Source: an uncultured Gammaproteobacteria bacterium (lineage in GTDB: Bacteria > Pseudomonadota > Gammaproteobacteria > DRLM01). Taken from it: 64,000 bases of DNA. Positions 11,770 through 22,239 of this stretch are shown here, piece by piece. A program made the position numbers and the translations under genes. Where the stretch lies: contig CAVSNY010000003.1 of NCBI GenBank assembly GCA_963729605.1, positions 288,001 to 352,000 of the forward strand, written 5' to 3'. How positions within the stretch are numbered: the first letter of the stretch is position 1; the number at the start of each line of letters is the position of its first letter. The notes below the pieces were generated by a model. That model searched no databases. It was not told the DNA's origin and worked only from the letters and a program-made list of their open reading frames with translations.

Positions 11770-12938
11770 GGCTTTGCCGCTCCAGCGGCCAAGGGGGTGG
11801 AATCCGTCTCCATTTTAAAAGGGAGGTGCGCGCTCAACGCTTCGCGATGACAGGCCATGAGACCGCGTTCCTCGTTGAGAAAGCGAATCACGGCGCCGTG
11901 AAAGCGCGGGTCCAGCATCCAATGGGCGGAATAGGTGAAGGTGGGCGTGAAGCCGCGGCTGATTTTATGTTCGCCTTGGGCGCCAGGTTCGAAACGGCGG
12001 AGACCTTCGCGGATGCAGTATTCGATGCCGGCGTAATAACAGGTCTCGAAATGCAGGCTGTGAAACGTCTCGCTGGCGCCCCAATAACGGCCATACAAGG
12101 TGTCGTCGCTGCGAAAGCTGAGGGCCGCCGCGACATATTCGCCTTGATGGCACGCCAGGACCATCAGCAGTTGTTCCGGCATGGACGCGCCGATCTCTTC
12201 GAAGAAGCCGGGGCTGAGCGGCACCATGCCGCTTTTCTCCAGAAAAGTGCTGCGGTAAAACCGGTAAAACGCTCGCCATTCCCGGGCACCCAATTCGGTT
12301 CCCGACAATGTCCGCAATTCGATGCCGGCCTCACGCACCCGGCGCCGTTCCCGTTTTACTTTCTTGCGCTTTTCGGCCGTGAACCGGCCGAGGTAATCGT
12401 CTAAATCGGCGTAGCCTTGATTGTGCCAATGGTATTGGCAACCCAGCCGTCGTTCAAAGCCGTGGGTTTCCAGCGCCGCGGTCTGGTCTGCGCTGGTGAA
12501 CAACCAATGCAAAGACGAAACGTTCAGTTCCGCGGCTAAGGTTTTTGCCTTTTCAATCAGGGCGTGGTCCACGGCCTGGGCTTGGGCCGTGTCACCCAAA
12601 AGTATCCGGGGGCCGGTGCAGGGGGTGTAGGGGATGGCCGCCACCAGTTTTGGATAATAGTCCTCGCCGTGATGCGCATAGGCCTGCGCCCATGCCCAAT
12701 CGAAGACGAATTCGCCCCAGGAGTGAGATTTGAGGTAAAGTGGAAGCGCCCCGATTAATGCCGTGTCATCCCAGGCCAGCAGATAGCGCGGCGTCCAGCC
12801 GCTGTGGCCGCCCACCGCGCCATGCCGTTCCAAGGCACTGAGGAATTCATGGCGGACAAACGGGTAGCCGCCGGTCGGAAAACGGTTCCAGGCGCGGGCC
12901 TCAATCTCACTCAATTGTTCCGCGATGGTGATGTGCAT
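11766..12938 (-). CDS. GNAT/FemAB-like protein (DUF482 family)
   Basis: KSHSWGEFVFDWAWA, LHFETCYY, EPGAQGEHK; overlaps the aat start. Confidence 0.85.
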   Translation of the reverse strand: MHITIAEQLSEIEARAWNRFPTGGYPFVRHEFLSALERHGAVGGHSGWTPRYLLAWDDTALIGALPLYLKSHSWGEFVFDWAWAQAYAHHGEDYYPKLVAAIPYTPCTGPRILLGDTAQAQAVDHALIEKAKTLAAELNVSSLHWLFTSADQTAALETHGFERRLGCQYHWHNQGYADLDDYLGRFTAEKRKKVKRERRRVREAGIELRTLSGTELGAREWRAFYRFYRSTFLEKSGMVPLSPGFFEEIGASMPEQLLMVLACHQGEYVAAALSFRSDDTLYGRYWGASETFHSLHFETCYYAGIEYCIREGLRRFEPGAQGEHKISRGFTPTFTYSAHWMLDPRFHGAVIRFLNEERGLMACHREALSAHLPFKMETDSTPLAAGAAKP

Positions 12939-13040
12939 GCGGGCATTTTAACGAATCGTGGGTGGCTGCGGTTGGTTAAATATAAACCGGGTTTGGCACG
13001 GCCTGTGGCGTTTGCATTTCAATGACAAGCTCTCTCTCAA

Positions 13041-13874
13041 ATGGAGCGGACCATGCACTATCCGGCGCAAACATTCATCACTCTAGTCGTATTGTGGCTC
13101 ATGCCGGGGGCGGTTTCTGCCACCGCGGCGTTGAGTGCCGATGAAATCATCAATAAGGCCTACCGCGTCGACGGCGGACGCGATGGTATTTCCCGGCTGA
13201 CTTTCACCTTCCAAAAACCCGACACCTCGGAAAAGAAGCTGACCTTCAGCATGGTATGGAAGGCGTATGGCGATGAAGACGACATCGACAGCAAGATTCT
13301 CTTTTTCAGCGAATTCCCGCCCGACGAACGCGGCAAGTCCTTCATGGCCTGGGTTTATAAAGACCGCATGGACGATCACTGGGTTTATTTGCCCGAACTG
13401 CGCATGGTGCGCAAGGTCAGCCATGGCGCCCATATGAGTAAACACGATGACGATGATTTCGCCCTCTCGGTGTTGACCCGCGGTGATTTGGTGCCGAGAA
13501 AACCGGAAGTCGATCGCCATACCTTGCTTGGCGAAGAAGAACTCAAGGGCCGCCCTTATTACGTGGTGGAAAGCCGCCCCAAACAGACCAGTGAGGAATA
13601 TCCTTATCAACGAGTTCGGCGCTGGATATCCAAGCAGGACTTTCTCATCGAACGCATCGATTATTACGGCAGCGGCGCCACGCCGGAAAAACAACAAGAG
13701 ATAACCTGGGAGCGTCGCGACAAGGTCTGGGTATGGACCCGCGTATTGGGCGTCCAAGCGAAAAGCGGGGCGCGTACCTTGCTGGAGATCAGCGATATCC
13801 GGGTCAATCTCGGTTTAAAGGACGACGTCTTTTCGGCGCGCAGTCTGCGGCTTGGGGTCGAGTCGGTGCGGTGA
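13041..13874 (+). CDS. LolA-like outer-membrane lipoprotein-sorting family protein
   Basis: Signal peptide; DDHWVYLPELRMVRKV motif; C-terminal VNLGLKDDVFSARSL. Confidence 0.75.
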   Translation: MERTMHYPAQTFITLVVLWLMPGAVSATAALSADEIINKAYRVDGGRDGISRLTFTFQKPDTSEKKLTFSMVWKAYGDEDDIDSKILFFSEFPPDERGKSFMAWVYKDRMDDHWVYLPELRMVRKVSHGAHMSKHDDDDFALSVLTRGDLVPRKPEVDRHTLLGEEELKGRPYYVVESRPKQTSEEYPYQRVRRWISKQDFLIERIDYYGSGATPEKQQEITWERRDKVWVWTRVLGVQAKSGARTLLEISDIRVNLGLKDDVFSARSLRLGVESVR

Positions 13875-13999
13875 ACCCGGCTGGCGCGGCAGGCGGGCTT
13901 CAAAGTTCAAGCCAAGGTTGGCCTAAGCGCTTACAAATGGGTTACAATCGCGCGCCGCGGGTCAATTCAGAAAGCTCTAAGGTGTTGATCCCAAAGTCC

Positions 14000-14087
14000 G
14001 GAGAGGTGGCTGAGCGGTCGAAAGCGGCGGTCTTGAAAACCGTTGAGGCGCAAGCCTCCGGGGGTTCGAATCCCTCCCTCTCCGCCA
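14000..14087 (+). tRNA. tRNA-Ser(TGA)
   Basis: GGAGAGG/CCTCTCC acceptor stem, anticodon loop CT-TGA-AA, long variable arm, TTCGAATC, encoded CCA. Confidence 0.96.
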
Positions 14088-14139
14088 TAAACACTTTGGA
14101 AACACCGTGCTTGGTCACGCGATAACATTTCTTTCACCC

Positions 14140-15084
14140 ATGCTCGATTCACCGCCCGTCATCTTCATCATGGGTCCCACCGCGTCCGGCAAGACCGATC
14201 TGGCCGTCGAGTTGGTGCGGCGTCTTCCCTGCGACATCATCAGCGTCGATTCCGCCATGGTGTATCGCGGCATGGACATCGGGACCGCCAAACCGGGCCC
14301 GGATATCTTGGCGCAGGCCCCGCATCGGCTCATCGACATTCTCGATCCCGCCGTCGCGTATTCCGCCGCGCAATTTCGCGCCGATGCCCTCCGTGAGATA
14401 GAGGCTATCCATGCCGCCGGGCGCATTCCCTTGCTGGTGGGCGGAACCATGTTGTACTTCCGCGCGCTCCAGCATGGTTTGTCGGCGCTGCCCTCGGCCG
14501 ACGCCGAGGTGCGCGAGGCTATCGACGCCGAGGCGCGGGAGCGGGGCTGGGGCGTGCTGCATCAACGCCTGGCGCAAATCGATCCCGCCGCCGCCGCACG
14601 CATCCATCCCAACGATCCGCAACGCATACAGCGCGCGCTGGAAGTGCATCAACTGACCGGCCGGCCTTTGTCCTCATTTTTTACCGGCCAGGTCACCTCC
14701 ATGCCGGCTTTGCGCGGGACTCTCATCAAAGTGGTGATGGCGCCCGGCGACCGGTCGCTCATGCGGCGACGTATCGAGACCCGTTTTAATCAAATGTTGG
14801 AGAGGGGCTTGATTCGGGAAGTCGAGGCCCTATATCAGAGGGGAGATTTGGAGAGGGAGCTGCCGTCCATACGTTCGGTCGGATATCGACAAGTATGGGA
14901 GTATTTGTCCGACGAGCTTTCTTATTCGGCCATGGTGGAACGGGCGACCACCGCGACGCGGCAACTAGCGAAACGCCAGTTGACTTGGTTGCGGCGGGAA
15001 GAAAGTGCGCAATGGTTTGATAGTCTGCAACCCATGGCGTTTAACAGTGCAATCGAATATATTGAAGTCGCCATGAAGACATAA
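14140..15084 (+). CDS. miaA: tRNA dimethylallyltransferase
   Basis: [35 protein letters not shown]. Confidence 0.96.
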   Translation: MLDSPPVIFIMGPTASGKTDLAVELVRRLPCDIISVDSAMVYRGMDIGTAKPGPDILAQAPHRLIDILDPAVAYSAAQFRADALREIEAIHAAGRIPLLVGGTMLYFRALQHGLSALPSADAEVREAIDAEARERGWGVLHQRLAQIDPAAAARIHPNDPQRIQRALEVHQLTGRPLSSFFTGQVTSMPALRGTLIKVVMAPGDRSLMRRRIETRFNQMLERGLIREVEALYQRGDLERELPSIRSVGYRQVWEYLSDELSYSAMVERATTATRQLAKRQLTWLRREESAQWFDSLQPMAFNSAIEYIEVAMKT

Positions 15085-15169
15085 ACAGGGAATATGCTAA
15101 TCTTGTTAACGAGCCCTCCTTAATCCAGGGGATAAGCGGGGGACCAATAAGGAAATAAGGAGAAAGAGT

Positions 15170-15424
15170 ATGAGCAAGGGGCAATCCCTCCAAGACCCTT
15201 TTTTGAATACATTGCGCAAGGAGAAGATTCCCGTTTCCATCTATTTGGTGAATGGCATCAAGCTGCAGGGGCAAGTGGAGTCATTCGATCAATTCGCGGT
15301 GTTGTTGAAAAACAGTGTAAGTCAGATGGTTTATAAACATGCCATTTCCACCGTGGTACCCTCACGGCCGGTGAAAATGACGTTTTCGGAAGAGGATACG
15401 TCGTCGGGACCGGGTAACGCCTAG
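15170..15424 (+). CDS. hfq: RNA chaperone Hfq
   Basis: [13 protein letters not shown]...[10 protein letters not shown]. Confidence 0.98.
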   Translation: MSKGQSLQDPFLNTLRKEKIPVSIYLVNGIKLQGQVESFDQFAVLLKNSVSQMVYKHAISTVVPSRPVKMTFSEEDTSSGPGNA

Positions 15425-15448
15425 TATTCAGGAGCAATCAGAAGTCAC

Positions 15449-16792
15449 GTGCATTTTATTGAGCGCCCTCGGGGGGGTGAACGAGCTGTCCTGGTCCATG
15501 TGGATTTCAACGCCGCGGACGCCCAGGAGGATTTTCAAGAATTTTACGAACTCGTCCACTCCGCGGGGGCGCTATCCGTGGCCGTGGTGCGTGGCGCGCG
15601 CCAGGCCCCGGATTCTAAATATTTCGTAGGCAGCGGCAAGGCCGAAGAGATACGCGTGCAAGTGGAACAGGCCGGGGCGGAAGTGGTGATATTCAATCAC
15701 AGTCTGACGCCTGGGCAGCAACGCAATATAGAGCAGTTGGTGAAGTGCCAAGTCTTGGATCGCACCGGCTTGATTCTCGATATTTTCGCGCAGCGGGCCA
15801 CTTCCTTCGAAGGCAAGCTGCAAGTGGAACTGGCGCAATTGCGTCATTTGTCCACCCGTCTGGTGCGAGGTTGGACCCATTTGGAACGGCAAAAAGGCGG
15901 TATCGGCTTACGCGGTCCCGGTGAAACTCAGTTGGAAACCGACCGTCGCTTGATCAAGCAGCGCATCGATCAACTCAACAAACGTTTGGAAAAGGTCCAG
16001 CGGCAGCGGGATGAACGGCGTCGTTCCCGTGATCGTTCGCGCATGGATACGGTTTCACTGGTGGGTTATACCAACGCCGGCAAATCCACTTTGTTCAATA
16101 CGCTCACCGGAGCGGAAGTGCATGCCGCCGATCAATTGTTCGCCACCCTCGATCCGACCTTGCGCCGCCTCGAGTTGCCCGGACGGGACGCCGCCATCCT
16201 GGCCGACACCGTGGGTTTCATCCGCCATCTGCCCCATAATCTAGTGGCCGCCTTTCGCGGCACCTTGGATGAAACCCGCGAAGCCGGTCTGTTGCTGCAC
16301 GTCATCGATGCCCGCGAGCATGAACGCCAATCGCGTATCGATCAGGTCAATCACGTTTTGGCGGAAATCGGCGCCGATGTCGTGCCGCAGATCCAGGTGT
16401 TCAATAAAATTGATTTACTCAACGACGGTGTCCCCAGAATGGATCGCGATGCGGAAGGTTGCGTGCAGCGGGTATGGGTGTCGGCCCTCACCGGCGCCGG
16501 CATGGAATTACTGCGGGAGGCGGTGGCGGAGCGCTTGCATCAATTGCGCGCCGCGCCTGGCGCGGCCCAAGGTATCCGCAAACTGAAAGAACGGGTGTAC
16601 ATCGCACCGCAGGCGGGTAAACTGCGGGCACGGCTGTTCGAGCAGGGCGTCGTCAGCGGCGAAGAGCCCAGTGAAGCGGGTGGCTGGGTGTTGACGCTGG
16701 AGTTGTGGAGCGATGAATTGGATGCCCTGACTCGGGACGAAGGCTGTCAACTGCTGACGGATTATCCGCTCGACGCCGTCAGCAACGGCTAG
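15449..16792 (+). CDS. hflX: Ribosome-splitting GTPase HflX
   Basis: GYTNAGKST, DQLFATLD, DTVGFI, NKID. Confidence 0.96.
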   Translation: MHFIERPRGGERAVLVHVDFNAADAQEDFQEFYELVHSAGALSVAVVRGARQAPDSKYFVGSGKAEEIRVQVEQAGAEVVIFNHSLTPGQQRNIEQLVKCQVLDRTGLILDIFAQRATSFEGKLQVELAQLRHLSTRLVRGWTHLERQKGGIGLRGPGETQLETDRRLIKQRIDQLNKRLEKVQRQRDERRRSRDRSRMDTVSLVGYTNAGKSTLFNTLTGAEVHAADQLFATLDPTLRRLELPGRDAAILADTVGFIRHLPHNLVAAFRGTLDETREAGLLLHVIDAREHERQSRIDQVNHVLAEIGADVVPQIQVFNKIDLLNDGVPRMDRDAEGCVQRVWVSALTGAGMELLREAVAERLHQLRAAPGAAQGIRKLKERVYIAPQAGKLRARLFEQGVVSGEEPSEAGGWVLTLELWSDELDALTRDEGCQLLTDYPLDAVSNG

Positions 16793-16873
16793 CCGGTTGC
16801 GCATTCCTGTCCGACGCACCTACAATGGCCCCCTTTATGAATATTGATTATTCAAGCACTAACGGAGTCGCAA

Positions 16874-18082
16874 ATGGCCTGGAATGAACCGGGTGGGTCG
16901 CAAGATAAAGACCCCTGGGGTGGACGGCGTAAAAATCAAGGTCCTCCGGACTTGGACGAGGTGATCCGCAAGTTTCAGAAAAAGCTGGCGGGTATTTTCG
17001 GAGGCAAGGGTGGCGGTAATGGTGGCGATGCCGGCGGTACCGGCGGCGGCAATACCGCCTCGGCCGGTGCCGTGGTCATCATCGCCGCGGCGATCGTCGT
17101 CTGGCTGGCCTATGATTCCATCCACTTCATCCAACCCGCTGAACGGGGTGTGGTGCTGCGTTTCGGAAAATACGTGGATACGCTCCAGCCGGGTCCCAGC
17201 ATCCGCTTGCCGAGGCCGATTGAAAGGGTCGTGCGCGTCGATGTGGACCAGATTCGCACGGTGGAAATCGGTTATCGAGGCGAAGGCGGCCGCCAGGGTG
17301 TGACGGTGGCCAACGAAGCGCTGATGCTGACTCGGGATGAAAATATCGTCGATATCAAATTGGCGGTACAATACAAAGTCAAATCCCCGGATGATTATTT
17401 ATTCTTCGATCGCGATCCCGACATCACCATGCGTAAAGCCACCGAGAGCGCCATCCGCGAGACCGTCGGTAAAAGCGAGATGGACTTCATCTTGAAGGAA
17501 GGACGCAGCGAAGTGGCGGCCCGCACCAAGGATTCCCTGCAGGCGACGCTGGATCGTTATAACACCGGGCTAATTGTCACCAGTGTCAATATTCAAGACG
17601 CCCAGCCGCCCGAGCAGGTGCAGGAGGCCTTTCTCGACGCCATCCGCGCCCGCGAGGATCAAGAGCGTTTGATCAATGAAGCGGAGGCCTACGCCAACGA
17701 GGTGATCCCCAAGGCGCGCGGTGAAGCGGCCCGTCTGGTCGAAGACGCCAACGCCTACAAGGCCCGGGTCACCGCCTCCGCGGAAGGTGAAGCCAACCGT
17801 TTCCTGCAAGTGTTGCGTGAATATCAGAAGGCGCCGGAAGTGACGCGGGAACGTCTGTATATCGAATCCTTGGAGAGCGTATTGCAAAACTCCAGCAAGA
17901 TAATGGTGGATGTCCAGAAGGGCAGCAATCTGCTTTATCTGCCTCTCGATAAACTGATCCAACGGCCGTCCGAAGAAGGAGGGGCCGCCCCTAACTCGAT
18001 GCCCGCACCGCCGCGCGCCACCGCGCCCGCCGTGCAATCGGACACCCAGCGCAGTACCAACCGCAGCCGGGAGATACGCTGA
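16874..18082 (+). CDS. hflK: FtsH modulator HflK
   Basis: MAWNEPG...GPPDLDE, transmembrane helix, SPFH domain. Confidence 0.96.
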   Translation: MAWNEPGGSQDKDPWGGRRKNQGPPDLDEVIRKFQKKLAGIFGGKGGGNGGDAGGTGGGNTASAGAVVIIAAAIVVWLAYDSIHFIQPAERGVVLRFGKYVDTLQPGPSIRLPRPIERVVRVDVDQIRTVEIGYRGEGGRQGVTVANEALMLTRDENIVDIKLAVQYKVKSPDDYLFFDRDPDITMRKATESAIRETVGKSEMDFILKEGRSEVAARTKDSLQATLDRYNTGLIVTSVNIQDAQPPEQVQEAFLDAIRAREDQERLINEAEAYANEVIPKARGEAARLVEDANAYKARVTASAEGEANRFLQVLREYQKAPEVTRERLYIESLESVLQNSSKIMVDVQKGSNLLYLPLDKLIQRPSEEGGAAPNSMPAPPRATAPAVQSDTQRSTNRSREIR

Positions 18083-18960
18083 TGAACCAAAATCAAAAAA
18101 TGCTCGGGCTAGTCATATTGCTGGGCGTACTGATCCTGGGTTCGTTCTCCATTTTCACGGTGAATGAGACCCAACGGGCCATACTGTTCCGGCTGGGCGA
18201 GATCGTGCGCACCGATTATGAACCGGGTCTCCATTTGAAGATCCCCTTCGTCAATAACGTGCGCACCTTCGAAAAACGCATCATGACCTTGGACGTGGAG
18301 CCGGAACGTTATCTGACCAGCGAAAAGAAAAACGTCATCGCCGATGCCTTCGTCAAATGGCGCATCGAAGACGTAGCGCGTTTCTACACCTCGGTGCGTG
18401 GCGACGAGGCGCAAGGCGCGCTGCGTTTGTCGCAGATCATCAAGGACAGCCTGCGCGGCGAATTCGGTAAACGTTCCATACAAGATGTGATCTCCGGCGA
18501 GCGCGAGCAGATCATGAATCTGGTCACCGTCAGTGCGAGCAGACAGGCCCAGGAGTTCGGCATCAGCATTATCGACGTGCGACTCAAGCGCATCGATTTG
18601 CCGGCCGACGTCAGCGACTCGGTGTTCCGCCGCATGGAGGCGGAGCGTTCGCGGGTGGCGCGAGAGTGGCGTTCGCAGGGCGCCGAATCCGCCGAGCGGA
18701 TCCGCGCCGATGCCGACCGCCGCCGCACGGAGATCGTCGCGGAGGCCTACCGCGAATCGCAGACCGTGCGCGGTAGCGGTGATGGGGCGGCCTCGGAAAT
18801 CTATGCCAAAGCCTTTGATAGAAATAAAGAGTTTTATTCTTTCTATCGGAGCCTGGAGGCGTATCGGAACACATTCAACAGCCAGAATGATCTCCTGGTG
18901 GTCGACCCCAACGCGGACTTTTTCAAGTATTTCAAGGATGCCGACGCCCGCCGGAAATAA
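18082..18960 (+). CDS. hflC: FtsH modulator HflC
   Basis: N-terminal transmembrane helix, SPFH domain, FYSFYRSLEAY; coupled to hflK. Confidence 0.96.
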   Translation: MNQNQKMLGLVILLGVLILGSFSIFTVNETQRAILFRLGEIVRTDYEPGLHLKIPFVNNVRTFEKRIMTLDVEPERYLTSEKKNVIADAFVKWRIEDVARFYTSVRGDEAQGALRLSQIIKDSLRGEFGKRSIQDVISGEREQIMNLVTVSASRQAQEFGISIIDVRLKRIDLPADVSDSVFRRMEAERSRVAREWRSQGAESAERIRADADRRRTEIVAEAYRESQTVRGSGDGAASEIYAKAFDRNKEFYSFYRSLEAYRNTFNSQNDLLVVDPNADFFKYFKDADARRK

Positions 18961-19126
18961 TCCCCGTGCCGGCGAGACAGGGTACGGCAGTATAAATCGT
19001 GTATAATTTCCGCCGCTTTAAGGCCGGCGAGGGTCGCGGTGCCCACGGGTACCGTCGCCCTCGCCGAGGCGCCTTATTGCCAGTCGGGACCGGCCAGGCA
19101 AGACGATGTAGAGTGAACCGCGCGGC

Positions 19127-19312
19127 ATGTGGCACGAGCTCTTAATTGGACTGGCCTTGATGTTGGTCATTGAGGGCGTAGTACCGTTCCTCAGTCCTGC
19201 CGTCATGCGCCAAGCCTTGTCGACCATGGCGCAAATGGATGACCGATCCCTGCGCCTGTCCGGGCTGCTGAGCATGGTGATCGGGGTGGTCTTGCTTTAT
19301 TTGCTGCGTTAA
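19127..19312 (+). CDS. DUF2065 (YjeT-like) small membrane protein
   Basis: 61 aa hydrophobic protein, ALMLVIEG...P; conserved position after hflC. Confidence 0.88.
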   Translation: MWHELLIGLALMLVIEGVVPFLSPAVMRQALSTMAQMDDRSLRLSGLLSMVIGVVLLYLLR

Positions 19313-19328
19313 AACGTCGGCGCAAGGT

Positions 19329-20573
19329 GTGCGGAACGTGAAAAAAAATGGAAAAACTTCTAGCGCGACGACATCAGCGACCGATCCGTTTATCGCGCAC
19401 GATGACCGTTGGCTGCTACCCGAAGGTATCGAAGAATTATTGCCCGACCAGGCCGAGCGCCTGGAGCGGCTGCGCCGCCAATTGCTGGATCTGTTCGCCG
19501 GTTGGGGCTACCGCATCGTCATTCCGCCGATCATCGAACACCTCGAATCGCTGTTGGTGGGCACCGGCCGCGATCTGGAGTTGCAGACCTTCAAACTCAC
19601 CGATCAGCTGACCGGCCGTCTGCTCGGCGTGCGGGCCGACATGACGCCGCAAGTCGCACGGATCGACGCCCACCGGCTGAAGACCACCGCGCCCTCGCGC
19701 TTGTGTTACGTGGGCCCGGTGTTGCACACACGGCCGCAGGGCTTCGCCCGCACCCGCAGCCCGTTTCAAGTCGGCGCGGAATTGTACGGCCACGGTGGCA
19801 TCGAGAGCGACGTCGAGATCCTCGCGCTGATGGTGGCCACTTTGTCCACGGTCGGTCTGCATCAGCCTCACATCGATCTCGGCCACGTCGGGGTGTTCCG
19901 CGGTCTGGCGCGGGAAGCCGGCCTCAGCGACGAGCAAGAACAAGTATTGTTCGACGCCCTGCAACGCAAGGCCAAACCCGAAATCAACGAATACGTCGAG
20001 GCCTTGGCCATCGAACCCGCTTATCGCCGCATGTTCTCCGCCTTGGTGGATTTGAACGGCGGCGGTGAAGTCATGGAAGAGGCGCGCGACCGTTTGCGAG
20101 AGGGTGGACGGGCCGTGCAGCGGGCCTTGGACAATTTGCAGCAGATCGCCGCGGCGGCCCAGGCCCGCATGCCGGCGATCGGCCTGCACTTCGACCTCGC
20201 CGAACTGCGCGGCTATCACTATCAAACCGGCGTGGTGTTCGCGGCCTTCGTCCCCGGCCACGGCCAGGAGATCGCCCGCGGCGGGCGTTACGACGACATC
20301 GGCCGCGCCTTCGGCGGCGCGCGGCCGGCCACCGGTTTCAGCACCGATTTGGAAACACTCATTCTGCTCAGCCGCAATCACAGCCCGCGCACCGGCGGTA
20401 TCTTCGCGCCCTGCGCCGACGACGCGGCGCTCGCCGCGCTGGTGGCCGGTCTGCGCGAGCAAGGCCAGCGCGTCTGCATGGCCTTGCCGGATCAGCAGGG
20501 CGGGGCGCGGGAAGTGGGTTGCGACCGGATCATCGAGCAACGCGACGGCGCTTGGGTCGTCACGGCGTTATAG
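19329..20573 (+). CDS. hisZ: ATP phosphoribosyltransferase regulatory subunit; true start uncertain and may lie downstream
   Basis: RWLLPEGIEELLP, RADMTPQVARIDAH, GGRYD; upstream of purA. Confidence 0.93.
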   Translation: MRNVKKNGKTSSATTSATDPFIAHDDRWLLPEGIEELLPDQAERLERLRRQLLDLFAGWGYRIVIPPIIEHLESLLVGTGRDLELQTFKLTDQLTGRLLGVRADMTPQVARIDAHRLKTTAPSRLCYVGPVLHTRPQGFARTRSPFQVGAELYGHGGIESDVEILALMVATLSTVGLHQPHIDLGHVGVFRGLAREAGLSDEQEQVLFDALQRKAKPEINEYVEALAIEPAYRRMFSALVDLNGGGEVMEEARDRLREGGRAVQRALDNLQQIAAAAQARMPAIGLHFDLAELRGYHYQTGVVFAAFVPGHGQEIARGGRYDDIGRAFGGARPATGFSTDLETLILLSRNHSPRTGGIFAPCADDAALAALVAGLREQGQRVCMALPDQQGGAREVGCDRIIEQRDGAWVVTAL

Positions 20574-21905
<1,332 letters not shown>

Positions 21906-21976
21906 CGGGTTTATCCGCGCCGCGGAGGGATGTTGTGATCAGCGAAAACCGATTAAGGGGATTTGAAGTTTTGAGA

Positions 21977-22063
<87 letters not shown>

Positions 22064-22239
22064 AAGGTGTATAGCAGTGCGGCCGAGCCGCGAACCCTCT
22101 AACAGGGCAAAAAGTGCCGCGAACTTTAACAAGGAGGTCCGCGGCTTGTCAATGATGAAACCGCGCGAATAATACATTGGCGCGGCCGCGCCCGGCCAAC
22201 CGCCGTGGCGCGCAACTATGCGAAGGATTAGTAAACATT

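Noticed and set aside
12994-13016. Possible sigma54 promoter TGGCACG...TTTGCA upstream of the LolA-like gene
   Set aside because: The GG-N10-GC spacing is not satisfied.
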